Source: Parcubacteria group bacterium Gr01-1014_8
GTDB lineage: Bacteria > Patescibacteriota > Minisyncoccia > Phycocordibacterales > UBA2100
DNA: 64,000 nt
NCBI GenBank assembly: GCA_007376385.1
Contig: VMGC01000001.1
Coordinates: 224,001 to 288,000, forward strand
Reading direction: 5' to 3'
Part shown: piece after piece, positions 37,800 to 47,465 of the stretch
Layout of the letters: every line of letters starts with the position of its first letter
How positions within the stretch are numbered: the first letter of the stretch is position 1
Made by a program: the position numbers and the translations under genes
Notes under the pieces: generated by a model
The model's database searches: none
Told to the model about the DNA's origin: nothing
Seen by the model: only the letters and a program-made list of their open reading frames with translations

Positions 37800-38010
37800 A
37801 CTTCGTCCTCCGACACTTCGTCTCGCCTCGATTGCGTGCCGCTCGCTTCAGGAAGCAGGTTTTCGGACCCACTCTTCAGTTGTTTGACGACCGGACTCGT
37901 TTCGCCAAACTGGCGAACATTACCGTTGCGGCACAGTGCGGGGATGTAACCCGACTTCCACAAACAACTGTAGAAAGGAGTGTACTCCAATGCGTGAACA
38001 GTGCAATGTG
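37800..38010 (-). promoter_or_regulatory. Cobalamin-riboswitch-like motifs in the 460-nt leader of the DUF4430 operon (tentative)
   Basis: The minus strand reads GGAAGUCGGGUUACAUCCCCGCACUGUGCCGCAACGGUAAUG. CGCAACGGUAA resembles the conserved CGCAGCGGUAAG core, and there is a GGAA..C.GGU.A.AUCC segment. A second GCGCAGCGGGAAUGAGG lies nearer the start codon. No clean B12-box GCCACUG is present. Confidence 0.25.
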
Positions 38011-38105
38011 GATAAATCGCCCTGCAACGCACTTTGATTCTCGTCAATCAGGTTATTGATACAGCCATGAACGAGAGAGACCATTCATCGGCTAGGCTAT
38101 CGACT

Positions 38106-38348
38106 TTAACGATGCTGCTTATTATTTCTTTTGAAGTGCCATATACCGTATCCAACCATTGGGACGCTGCTGAGTATAAAAAACCAACCTCCGATGAAAC
38201 CTGCCAGTGAAGGTACGAAGTGCAACATGACAATGCCGGCGCCACAGAGGGCGGCTCCTGTGCGGACATATGCAAGAAGCGTGCGTTCATTTGCAAGGCG
38301 TGTCCGCTCCGTTGCCAGGTCATCGCGCACGGTATGCGTCTTCGTCAT
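38106..38348 (-). CDS. DUF202 (YidH-like) small membrane protein
   Basis: ANERTLLAYVRT motif and two TM helices. Start placed at Met 38348 (MTKTHTV). Confidence 0.55.
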   Translation of the reverse strand: MTKTHTVRDDLATERTRLANERTLLAYVRTGAALCGAGIVMLHFVPSLAGFIGGWFFILSSVPMVGYGIWHFKRNNKQHR

Positions 38349-38379
38349 GAACGCATGATGCCTCACATCGTGTCTTCTT

Positions 38380-39210
38380 TCAACGTGACTTGTGCACCAG
38401 AGCATTCAGACGTGCCTGGGCGTCGGTTATCTTCCGAAAAGCATCATGGCTTTCGTGGTGGGAGTGGGTTTGCCAGATAGGTATCAACTCATTTAGTGTG
38501 GCAAGCATACCGGCAAGTTCAGCTTTACTTTCTTCGTGTTCAAGCCAGGAGATATCCGCATCGTTCATGATGTTCAACATACGGTTTATACGCGCAGTTG
38601 TGCGCTGGACGGCATCGAGAAGGAGTACTTCTCTGCCAGGGTCGATAACATACAGATCACTTATGACGTCGTAGAAATTCGGTATTTCTTTGAGAAGGCT
38701 TGAGATCTGTTGGTACGCGATGGTGAGCCTTTCCCACTCAGCGTCCGTGAGCGCATTGTTGTTCTCAACAAGTTGAATGACGTGATCAAAATCCTTGCGT
38801 GCAACATAAAAATCTTCTCGAATACTCCGGAACGTTAGTTCAAATGATAGCTGATGGACTTCTTTTATTGACTTGTCTTGCCGGTAAGATACGAGTTTTG
38901 CGATGAAGAGAGCGAAAAGAAACAGCTCAGTGACGCTTTGCAGAGCAGCAAAAAATCGTGAATATCCTAGAGGGACGATATCGCCGTACCCCGTGTTTGT
39001 TGCTGTTATGACACTGTAGTAAAGGCTATTGAGCATCCGGCCGAGGAAGGGAAGTTCACTTAGCCCGCTCGGTCCATTTCCTGGTACGTAACTCAAGGCG
39101 ATGTAGATAGCAGCATATATAAGTACGCTTGAGACCCAGAACAGGAAAATCACACTGTACGACAACTCGTTCACTCTATCGATGAATGTCAGTCTGTTTT
39201 TTGTTTCCAT
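38380..39210 (-). CDS. Two-TM potassium channel family protein with a cytoplasmic C-terminal domain
   Basis: Selectivity filter TATNTGYGDIVP (TxGYGD) between two TM helices. About 170 aa of soluble C-terminus. Confidence 0.7.
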   Translation of the reverse strand: METKNRLTFIDRVNELSYSVIFLFWVSSVLIYAAIYIALSYVPGNGPSGLSELPFLGRMLNSLYYSVITATNTGYGDIVPLGYSRFFAALQSVTELFLFALFIAKLVSYRQDKSIKEVHQLSFELTFRSIREDFYVARKDFDHVIQLVENNNALTDAEWERLTIAYQQISSLLKEIPNFYDVISDLYVIDPGREVLLLDAVQRTTARINRMLNIMNDADISWLEHEESKAELAGMLATLNELIPIWQTHSHHESHDAFRKITDAQARLNALVHKSR

Positions 39211-39240
39211 ACCGCTGGGCTATCGGGGGGCATTAAAGCA

Positions 39241-40563
39241 CTAAAATGTAGCATTTTCTAGAAATTCTATTCGTTCTTTCATTGTTGGATGAGTGCCGAA
39301 CCACCACTGTAAGAATCTTGGCGGGTCGGGATCAACAAAACTTTGGTACGTCATTTTCCTGAATGATGTGATAGCGGGCTTAGTCGCATGCGTTAATTCG
39401 AAACCGAACACATCTGCTTTATGCTCGATGTCGCGGCTGATAGCGGAATCGATAGGGGCAGCAAGCAGCGACATGGTCGAGAGAATAACGCCAAGGAACG
39501 GGTAGAGCACGATGTCGTTGACACGCGTGGAGCCAATGCGTTTACCCCATTTTTTCAGCACGTACCAAAGAATGAGTGCGAGGAGTCCTAACGATATGAA
39601 TGTCTCGATAGCATACTGCACGATACCTCTCCACATGTCGTGTTTTACATAGTGGCCAAGTTCATGTCCAAGGATTGCCAGGATTTCGTCGTCTGTGTAA
39701 TACGTGAGCAATGTGTCATCGAGTACGACGCGTTTCGTGCTCCACAATCCCGTCATGTATGCGTTGCTCTCGAGTGTGCGAGTACTTGCGTCCTCGACAA
39801 AGACGCGGTCGACAGATATTCCGGCAGAATCGGCGAGCGTAATTATCTTTTCCTTAAGAACGCTATCTTCAAGCGGGACATTTCTGCTGAAGAGCGGGTC
39901 TATCACGACGGGAGCGATGTACCCGGTGAAAATGCTAAACAAGGTTAGAAATGCCGCACCGAGTGCCCACCAGGCTCTTGGATATTTATCCATTATCCAG
40001 TAGAGAGGTATGAATGTCGCGATCGCGAATACGAATTCGAGAAAGAGGTTCAACACGAGATCCTCGACTGCGAGAAGGGGCGTTATGTTTGAAGTTCCTC
40101 GCAGAAGCTCAATGTAATAATCGGATACATACGTTGGGAGCGCGATGAACGTTGATAGCAGAACCATTCCTAATAGATAATAGGAACGTTGTGCATGCAC
40201 GTTTCTATAGAGGCGTTTAGCAAGATTCGCGAGTGCGCTGCTTACGCCCCCAAAAATGATCAACCACGCGATGAAAAACGAGAACAAGATACCGACGACA
40301 AGACTCACCTCATAGAATGCACTCTCGAATCGCGCGACTTTTGTCCACTCGCCGTTTTCAAGGTCAATAGATTCAACAGGAGGAAGTACGTTGTCTCGAA
40401 GGTCTTTTTCATGAGAGAGAAAGGCCTCCTTTAAGGGGCCAGTCGCAAAATAATGGTACGCAGCGAATGATGCCGACTCTACTATCGCGCTGATGACAAG
40501 AAGCAGCACTATTTTTTTAAGAATACTCATGAGAATAGCGGCTCCCTCTTTTTTGATATACAT
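39241..40563 (-). CDS. M48 family zinc metalloprotease (Ste24/HtpX-like) with multi-TM N-terminal region
   Basis: HELGHYVKHD (HExxH) zinc motif after several TM helices. Confidence 0.75.
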   Translation of the reverse strand: MYIKKEGAAILMSILKKIVLLLVISAIVESASFAAYHYFATGPLKEAFLSHEKDLRDNVLPPVESIDLENGEWTKVARFESAFYEVSLVVGILFSFFIAWLIIFGGVSSALANLAKRLYRNVHAQRSYYLLGMVLLSTFIALPTYVSDYYIELLRGTSNITPLLAVEDLVLNLFLEFVFAIATFIPLYWIMDKYPRAWWALGAAFLTLFSIFTGYIAPVVIDPLFSRNVPLEDSVLKEKIITLADSAGISVDRVFVEDASTRTLESNAYMTGLWSTKRVVLDDTLLTYYTDDEILAILGHELGHYVKHDMWRGIVQYAIETFISLGLLALILWYVLKKWGKRIGSTRVNDIVLYPFLGVILSTMSLLAAPIDSAISRDIEHKADVFGFELTHATKPAITSFRKMTYQSFVDPDPPRFLQWWFGTHPTMKERIEFLENATF

Positions 40564-40571
40564 TCTAACCT

Positions 40572-41318
40572 ATGATAGGGCTCTTTGATTCCGGTTCGGG
40601 CGGGCTCACAGTACTGGATGCACTTCGAAAAAAGGCGCCGAATGCAGATATTGTGTATTTCGGCGACATCAAGAATGCGCCCTACGGGACGCGGTCCAAG
40701 GAAGAGCTTGCGTCGCTAACAACTGCGGGCATTCGGATGCTGCAGAATTTTGGCACAGACGAACTCATCAGTGCCTGCAACAGTGCTGCTCTTTCCGTAC
40801 TCTTGGGCGCGGCGGGGCACGCGCGCATAATAGATATGACGCGCCCGACAGCGCGAGCAATGAGACAATATGCGGGAAAACGCGTACTGCTTCTTGCGAC
40901 CCCGGCAACAATCATTTCTCGTCTGTACTCAGACGCTCTTGAGACAATAGTGCTTTTGGATCCGCTCCCCATCGCAGAGCTCGCTGCCGCTATCGAATTC
41001 GGCGCTTCGAGATCCACGATACGAGACATTGTGAGAAGTTCTTTTCGAGAACGGAAAGGGAGGCAGTACGACCTGGTTCTTCTCGGGTGCACGCACTATC
41101 CACTCGCGCGCGACATTATTGAGAGAGAAGCGGAGAAGATGTTTGGAAAGGTAGAATACATAGATCCAGCAGAAGCAGTTGCTGAGGAGGCTGCGCAACG
41201 ATTTCACACGGAAGGTCGTGGAAAACTTGCGTTCAAAATCTCAAAGGACTCTGATCATTTTAGGAAGCGTGTCGCCGAACTTTGGCCGGACGCCAAATAC
41301 ACTATTCAAATAACATGA
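40572..41318 (+). CDS. murI: Glutamate racemase
   Basis: GLFDSGSGGLTVL N-terminus and second catalytic Cys context LLGCTHYPL. Confidence 0.85.
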   Translation: MIGLFDSGSGGLTVLDALRKKAPNADIVYFGDIKNAPYGTRSKEELASLTTAGIRMLQNFGTDELISACNSAALSVLLGAAGHARIIDMTRPTARAMRQYAGKRVLLLATPATIISRLYSDALETIVLLDPLPIAELAAAIEFGASRSTIRDIVRSSFRERKGRQYDLVLLGCTHYPLARDIIEREAEKMFGKVEYIDPAEAVAEEAAQRFHTEGRGKLAFKISKDSDHFRKRVAELWPDAKYTIQIT

Positions 41319-41424
41319 TTGCCCTGTCGCAGCCAGGGTGCCCGTGATTTAATGTGAGTACTTATGATTCGGACCGTTTCTTTTCGAGCGGACATTTTGA
41401 TTTTTCGGGACGCCCTTCTCTCAT

Positions 41425-42780
41425 ATGAGTGAACTACGGCAAGGACCGCCAGGAGGGCCACCGGAGGGTCCTGATGAAATCAAGGATCCAAGAGGAATTA
41501 TTCGAATGTGTCTTGGAATACTTGAGCCACTACGGTCAAAGCTTGAACTTTCAGAAGTGGAAACGAAAGCACTTGAACTCTTTTCTGCGGTGCAAGGATT
41601 AGTGCTTGCTGAATTTCTTAGCTCAACGAGAAATCCTGCTCCGTATCGGGTTATATATGATCTCATAGCACGGAATGAAGAGGGGCTCTCATTGCCTGCA
41701 AGACAGGTTGCAAACCGAATAAAATCTGCTCTAGAGCGGTTTGAGGCGAGAATGAGTCAAGCTCCCGGAACACAGAAAGCAGAGGGTTCTCCATGGCAGC
41801 CCAGAATATTGAATGACGAAGACATTAGAGTTTTTAAGGGGGATGGACTGCAAGTCTGGCGATCACTACGAACGGCAATGAGCAAAAGTCAAAAGAGCCT
41901 CGCAGATATCTCGAAAGAAACGCGAATACCATTCCCAAAAATATATAAAGCGTTTACAAGCACTTCCTTTAGGGATCCCAAAACTGGAACTCCTTTAGAC
42001 CACCCCCTCAGCGTGGGCGAGCTAACACTTGTTGGTATGGTTTGCGGTGTTCCCATTCGAACAGATGCACTTCCACCTGTTCGGGAAAGAGTGCGACGGT
42101 TGCTTTTACCTGAGAGAGCAGAAATAACTCCTTACGAAGATATTGCAGACGTTCCTCTAAAAGAAATTCCTCCGGAAAGGCTAAGCGTTGTCTCATTAGC
42201 CCAAGTAAAAAGAGATCGAGAAGCAATCTCGCAATTCATGAGTGAGGTGACCAGACTGCGATCCGCAGTTAAAAATATTCAGAAAGGGTGGGAGAAAGAA
42301 GCGGGGAGCGAAGAACATATCAGAGACTTTTTATTCAATGTTGGATCACTGACTAAGAATATGCAGGGTTTAGCGCGAGGTCAACTCGACGGAAAAAATA
42401 TGCGAACACTGGTTGAACTATACATACAACACGTAGTATTTGCGGTCATGAATATCGTAGGTCTCTATCATGTGGAACTGCGTACAAAGCTTAACCCCAT
42501 CGCGCTACGACTTTCGAAGATAACGACACCTGCAATTATTCGTGCACTTCTCGGGTCGGATTCCGATAGATCATTGACACACGAAGACTTGATTAAGGTA
42601 TTGGGTCACGTCGTCGCGCTCATGAATGTCTTGGAGCGAGAGCTTACAGCAGCTCTCGCTAGCGGGATTAAAACTAATTACGGACATGTTCGAGTTGCAG
42701 CCAGGCACCTCGTTGAAATGACGCAGGCGCTTCGTAACATTTTGCCAGAGGGAGAAATTTCTCAGCAGAAAGGCGACTGA
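41425..42780 (+). CDS. Hypothetical protein (451 aa), no recognisable domain
   Basis: Long ORF between murI and murD with an N-terminal Pro/Gly-rich segment (GPPGGPPEGP). Confidence 0.5.
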   Translation: MSELRQGPPGGPPEGPDEIKDPRGIIRMCLGILEPLRSKLELSEVETKALELFSAVQGLVLAEFLSSTRNPAPYRVIYDLIARNEEGLSLPARQVANRIKSALERFEARMSQAPGTQKAEGSPWQPRILNDEDIRVFKGDGLQVWRSLRTAMSKSQKSLADISKETRIPFPKIYKAFTSTSFRDPKTGTPLDHPLSVGELTLVGMVCGVPIRTDALPPVRERVRRLLLPERAEITPYEDIADVPLKEIPPERLSVVSLAQVKRDREAISQFMSEVTRLRSAVKNIQKGWEKEAGSEEHIRDFLFNVGSLTKNMQGLARGQLDGKNMRTLVELYIQHVVFAVMNIVGLYHVELRTKLNPIALRLSKITTPAIIRALLGSDSDRSLTHEDLIKVLGHVVALMNVLERELTAALASGIKTNYGHVRVAARHLVEMTQALRNILPEGEISQQKGD

Positions 42781-42791
42781 CACGCGCAAAT

Positions 42792-44138
42792 ATGACCAAC
42801 AAGTACCAGTCCTTTTTTGCTGGAAAACGCATAACCATGCTGGGTCTTGGTCTTTTGGGGCGCGGGGTGGGGGACGCTGAATTTATCACGCCTCTGTGCA
42901 AAGAATTGCTCATCACCGATCGAAAATCTGAAGACGAATTGCGAGGATCGGTGGCTCGTCTGAAAAAGCATCCGAATATAACTTTTAGATTGGGAGAGCA
43001 ACGAGAAGAAGATTTTACAAACTGCGACATGGTTATCAAAGCGGCTGGTGTACCACTGGACTCACCGTATATTGCAGCGGCAAAAAAAGCAGGTGTTCCA
43101 GTGTATATGTCGACTGCTCTCTTTGCGAAATTTGCGAAGGAAATGAGCGTTACCATTGTCGGCATCACCGGTACGCGGGGAAAATCTACGGTCGTGCATC
43201 TCATCTATCACGCGCTGCACGAGGCAGGGAAACGCGCTCATCTTGGCGGAAACATTCGAGGCGTGTCAACGCTCGCGCTGCTTCCGAAGATGCAAAAAGG
43301 CGATATAGCTATTCTTGAACTTGATTCGTGGCAGCTGCAGGGATTCGGTGACCTGCAGATAAGTCCTCATATTGCCGTGTTCACGAATTTGATGCCTGAT
43401 CATTTGAATTACTATCCGGACATGGAGACGTATTTCAATGATAAGGCGAATATTTTTAAATATCAGAAAAAAGGTGATGTCCTCATCGCCGGAGACCAGG
43501 TCGAACAAAAGATCTTGCGCGCTCAGCCGACAGTTGATCCTCTGTCGCCGTTGCTTTCCAAATCGATAAAGCTGAAAATTCTCGGAGAACACAACCGAGA
43601 AAATGCTGCACTCGCTGCAGCTGCGCTCGATACGCTTGGCCTCTCTGAAGAGGTCATTCATGAAAGTCTAGGATCTTTTCGGGGTATTGAAGGACGTCTG
43701 CAGTATCTGGGCGAAACACAGGGTGTAAAAATATACAATGACAACAATGCGACAACTCCCGAAGCGACAATTGCAGCCCTTCGTGCTCTGGGCGATGGGA
43801 AAAATATCGTGCTCATCATCGGGGGCGATGACAAAAACTTGGATATGTCCAAGCTTGTGGAAGAAATCCCGAAGTGGTGCAAGGGGGTGGTTATGTTCAA
43901 AGAGAGGGGGACCGATCGAATACGCGAACAGGTTCTTGCGATGAAGGGTCAAAAAATCGACGTCTACGAGGAAAAGGGATTGGAGGCTACGGTTAAGCGT
44001 GCTTTTTCAGTCGCGAAGGAGGGGGAGACTCTATTGTTCAGCCCCGCTTTTTCATCGTTCGGAAGATACTTCAAGAACGAGTTCGACAGGGGTGACCAGT
44101 TCGTTCAGTTGGTGGATGCACACGTGAAAGCCGGATAA
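42792..44138 (+). CDS. murD: UDP-N-acetylmuramoylalanine--D-glutamate ligase
   Basis: Mur ligase P-loop GITGTRGKST. MurD-type N-terminal Rossmann-like domain (ITMLGLGLLGRGVGD). Confidence 0.8.
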   Translation: MTNKYQSFFAGKRITMLGLGLLGRGVGDAEFITPLCKELLITDRKSEDELRGSVARLKKHPNITFRLGEQREEDFTNCDMVIKAAGVPLDSPYIAAAKKAGVPVYMSTALFAKFAKEMSVTIVGITGTRGKSTVVHLIYHALHEAGKRAHLGGNIRGVSTLALLPKMQKGDIAILELDSWQLQGFGDLQISPHIAVFTNLMPDHLNYYPDMETYFNDKANIFKYQKKGDVLIAGDQVEQKILRAQPTVDPLSPLLSKSIKLKILGEHNRENAALAAAALDTLGLSEEVIHESLGSFRGIEGRLQYLGETQGVKIYNDNNATTPEATIAALRALGDGKNIVLIIGGDDKNLDMSKLVEEIPKWCKGVVMFKERGTDRIREQVLAMKGQKIDVYEEKGLEATVKRAFSVAKEGETLLFSPAFSSFGRYFKNEFDRGDQFVQLVDAHVKAG

Positions 44139-44142
44139 AGTG

Positions 44143-44409
44143 CTAACGTGGAGATGAAAGTCTGCTCATCAGGATGGTGATCCCTTTTTGCATGTTGTCT
44201 GAGGTTTTCGAATCATTCGTGAGATCTTGGATGGTATCAAAAAGTAGTTTATCGATGCCCTGACTATTGTCGAACAGATAGGAGGGAAATTCTTCGAACC
44301 GCTCGAAGTATTCGATGAAGATATTTTTACGCACTGCAGGATCTTCGCTTGTCGCGTCCATCTTCAATTTCTGGAAATTGAATTTATCGACTTTCTTTAT
44401 AACGTTCAT
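44143..44409 (-). CDS. Hypothetical small protein (~88 aa)
   Basis: Start placed at Met 44409 (MNVIKKV). The longer listed ORF overlaps pit by 105 nt. Confidence 0.3.
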   Translation of the reverse strand: MNVIKKVDKFNFQKLKMDATSEDPAVRKNIFIEYFERFEEFPSYLFDNSQGIDKLLFDTIQDLTNDSKTSDNMQKGITILMSRLSSPR

Positions 44410-44465
44410 AAGGTTGATTGTATCTTGTTTCAACCCATCAAGATAGAAGATATCGTTCCCCTTTC

Positions 44466-45458
44466 TTAAATGAATAGCGCGTTCGCAACGAGCGCTGCGA
44501 AAAAAGCGAGCACTCCACAGCAGGGGAATGTGAATAGCCATCCTTGTATGACATTTCCAAGGACTCCCCATTTGACGTCGTTCACACGGCGAGACGAACT
44601 AGCTCCCGCTATCGATGTGGTTATTGTATGGGTGGTACTAAGAGGTACGCCAAATATGGATGCACTGATGATCGTCGCGGATGCGGCGCCCGTCGCTGCA
44701 AATCCTTGCCACGGTTTGATAGTGACCATTTTTTTGCCGATTGTTGCGATTATGCGCCATCCGCCAAGCGATGTACCAAGTCCCATGGTAAGACCGCAAA
44801 GGATGATGACCCACCACGGAATATTAAAACCCTGGACACTGCCGCCGAGAACAAGAACGAGCGTGAAAATTCCCACAAATTTCTGTCCGTCGTTCATTCC
44901 GTGTGCAAATGCCATGGCACTTGCGGTACATACATGAGCAACATCGAAAAACCGTGCAGCTTTTGTGGGGGAAGCATTCCCTGCAAACATAATGATGAGT
45001 CTGCCGATGATGAATGAAATTCCAAATCCAGCTATGACTGATAACAGCATCCCAATCAATATTTTCTCCCATCCACTCCAGAGAAGAGCATTAAAGCCGT
45101 TTCCCGCGACAGCTGCCCCCGCAAGTCCTGCTATGAGGGCATGCGATTTGCTTATTGGTAGTCCTTTGTAAGCGGCAAATCCGCCCCACAAAATTATGCT
45201 CACCATAGCCGCGGCTATCGCAGGAACGGTAACTGATTCCGTTGTGACGATGCCTTTGCCTATCGTTGCGGCTACCGCAGTCCCCGAGAGCGCGCCGGCA
45301 ATATTCAAAAACACTGCCATAGGCACTGCAAAATGGAGAGGAAGTGTTCCTGTCGAGACGACGGTGGCAATTGCGTTTGGTGCATCGGTCCAGCCGTTGA
45401 TGAACTCTGCGGAAAGGACCAAAGCAAGTGCAACAAACAACAGTATCAACTCCGTCAT
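44466..45458 (-). CDS. pit: Inorganic phosphate transporter, PiT family
   Basis: GWTDAPNAIATVVSTG signature in two repeats (also GMNDGQKFVG). Start at Met 45458 (MTELILL) so it does not overlap the DUF47 gene. Confidence 0.85.
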   Translation of the reverse strand: MTELILLFVALALVLSAEFINGWTDAPNAIATVVSTGTLPLHFAVPMAVFLNIAGALSGTAVAATIGKGIVTTESVTVPAIAAAMVSIILWGGFAAYKGLPISKSHALIAGLAGAAVAGNGFNALLWSGWEKILIGMLLSVIAGFGISFIIGRLIIMFAGNASPTKAARFFDVAHVCTASAMAFAHGMNDGQKFVGIFTLVLVLGGSVQGFNIPWWVIILCGLTMGLGTSLGGWRIIATIGKKMVTIKPWQGFAATGAASATIISASIFGVPLSTTHTITTSIAGASSSRRVNDVKWGVLGNVIQGWLFTFPCCGVLAFFAALVANALFI

Positions 45459-46108
45459 GTTTCCTTTCGGGCCATAGACAGGACAAGCCGTCCGCAATGA
45501 TCCGCGCTATCCGTAATGCCCTCCAGCAGTCTGAAAAGCTTGTCCCACGCAGAGAACTCTATGGCGCTTTTGCCGGGGATATTAAATTCGGCAATAAGCG
45601 CGATTGCCGCGTTCTCTAATGTACGATCGGCTATACTCTCTGAATGTGCTAGTCGCTTGACGCATTCTTTTATGCGAGATTGGGATAATCTTTTTTCCGA
45701 AAGCATCTTGACGAGATCTCGCACGGCTGTCGTCATGGAAGCGATAATATCCAAAAATTCCAACGCCTGCGGTTTTAGCGGCGATAAGACTTTCCCATAC
45801 ATGTGTACATGCTTAGCAACGCGACGCATGCCATCGAGCATGTCGTCGAGTTCCGCTGCAAGATGAGTCACGTCGGATTTGTCGAATCGGAGAATGAATG
45901 AGTTGTCGAGGATCTCGTGTATTTGAGCCTCCGTTTCGTCACCAGTGTGTTCAAATTCTGTAATACGCTCAAGATCTGAACATTTCGTCTCACGCAAACG
46001 CTTAGCGGACAGAGCGGCTGCGTCGGAGAGCCTGAACAACATCTCAGCGAGGGGAGTGTTCTGTGATTTGCCAAACATTCGCTCGAGCGCGTTTGTAATG
46101 AGTGGCAT
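45455..46108 (-). CDS. DUF47 / PhoU-like phosphate transport regulator (Pit accessory protein)
   Basis: Helical PhoU-like protein directly upstream of pit on the same strand, the usual arrangement. Confidence 0.7.
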   Translation of the reverse strand: MPLITNALERMFGKSQNTPLAEMLFRLSDAAALSAKRLRETKCSDLERITEFEHTGDETEAQIHEILDNSFILRFDKSDVTHLAAELDDMLDGMRRVAKHVHMYGKVLSPLKPQALEFLDIIASMTTAVRDLVKMLSEKRLSQSRIKECVKRLAHSESIADRTLENAAIALIAEFNIPGKSAIEFSAWDKLFRLLEGITDSADHCGRLVLSMARKET

Positions 46109-46166
46109 AATCAGTTTTGTATCTCAATCGTACCACGTTGTCCTGTAAGGTCGTATACTGCGCTTC

Positions 46167-47465
46167 ATGACGACATCAAACAATATTTACATGGTGGGCA
46201 TGGGGGGAATCGGCATGTCAGCCCTTGCGCAACTGTTGGTCCACCAAGGCAAGAACGTAAGCGGGTCCGACAGGGAAGAGTCGCCAACGACCGCGATGCT
46301 GGGAGATAGAGGAATACAGGTTACGGTGGGCCACGACCAATGCAACATTCCTGCCGATACTGGACTTCTTATTTATAGCGACGCGGTGAATGCGGATAAC
46401 ACGGAGCGCGTGCGAGCGAGGGAGATGGGCATCAAGCAGATATCGTACTTTGAGATGTTGGGGAAAATCAGCGAGCCCGGGACAACCATTGCTGTTGCAG
46501 GAACTCACGGAAAAACAACGACTACCGGCATGCTTGCATCAATTCTTAGAGCGGCAGGCAAGGAGCCAACGGCTATAGTCGGCTCTATTGTCCGTGATTT
46601 TCCCGGCCGGACAGGGGGTTCGAATTTTCTTGCCGGACGGTCGGATCTCTATGTCATCGAAGCGTGCGAATACCGGGACCACCTTCTGGAACTGAAACCA
46701 GAAATACTCGTCATTACTAACATAGAGCTTGATCACACAGATTTCTTTCCATCGCTTTCCGCTATGCAAAATACATTTCACTCTGCAGTGGAACGTGTCC
46801 CAAAGCATGGAACAATCGTGACGGATCCCGAGAATTCGAATATTGCGCCGATACTTTCCCATATCAGCGCGCGAGTTGTCGATTACACGAAAAAGGCAGT
46901 CGGTGAATTGAAACTTATCGGTGAATTTAATCGTGAGAATGCGCGCGCCGCTCTTGCTGGTGCTCTTGCTGCCGAACCATCTCTTTCGCAAGAAGCTGCC
47001 ATACACACACTGTCTGAATTTAAAGGTTCCTGGCGCAGATTTGAATACAAAGGCGAGACACCGCATGGGGCGCTCGTCTACGATGATTATGCGCATCACC
47101 CGACGGCAGTCCGGAAGACCATTGAAGCAGCGCGTGAGAAATACCCTAACAAGCGGATCGTCGTTGCATTTCATCCGCATTTATATTCACGAACGAAATC
47201 GTTCCTTGCAGAGTTTGCTGATGCGCTTGCAACAGCCGACGATGCGATAATCGCTCCCATTTATGCGGCGCGTGAGGCGCATGATGGAAGCATTTCAAGC
47301 GATGTTCTTGCAGAGGAAATTCGAATGCGAAAAGGCAATGCACGAGCCCTGCAATCATTCGAGGCGATCCGACAGGCGCTTTCGCTTGAGCCGGGAAATA
47401 CGGTGATTATCACTATGGGTGCCGGAGATATTTATAAAGTTTCGGAACAAATTATTGTTCAATAA
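46167..47465 (+). CDS. murC: UDP-N-acetylmuramate--L-alanine ligase
   Basis: IYMVGMGGIGMSALAQLL N-terminus and AVAGTHGKTTTTGMLASIL P-loop. Confidence 0.85.
   Translation: MTTSNNIYMVGMGGIGMSALAQLLVHQGKNVSGSDREESPTTAMLGDRGIQVTVGHDQCNIPADTGLLIYSDAVNADNTERVRAREMGIKQISYFEMLGKISEPGTTIAVAGTHGKTTTTGMLASILRAAGKEPTAIVGSIVRDFPGRTGGSNFLAGRSDLYVIEACEYRDHLLELKPEILVITNIELDHTDFFPSLSAMQNTFHSAVERVPKHGTIVTDPENSNIAPILSHISARVVDYTKKAVGELKLIGEFNRENARAALAGALAAEPSLSQEAAIHTLSEFKGSWRRFEYKGETPHGALVYDDYAHHPTAVRKTIEAAREKYPNKRIVVAFHPHLYSRTKSFLAEFADALATADDAIIAPIYAAREAHDGSISSDVLAEEIRMRKGNARALQSFEAIRQALSLEPGNTVIITMGAGDIYKVSEQIIVQ

Noticed and set aside
44410-44571. N-terminal 54 codons of ORF 44143..44571
   Set aside because: They overlap the well-supported pit gene by 105 nt. 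An internal Met at 44409 gives a non-overlapping small ORF.
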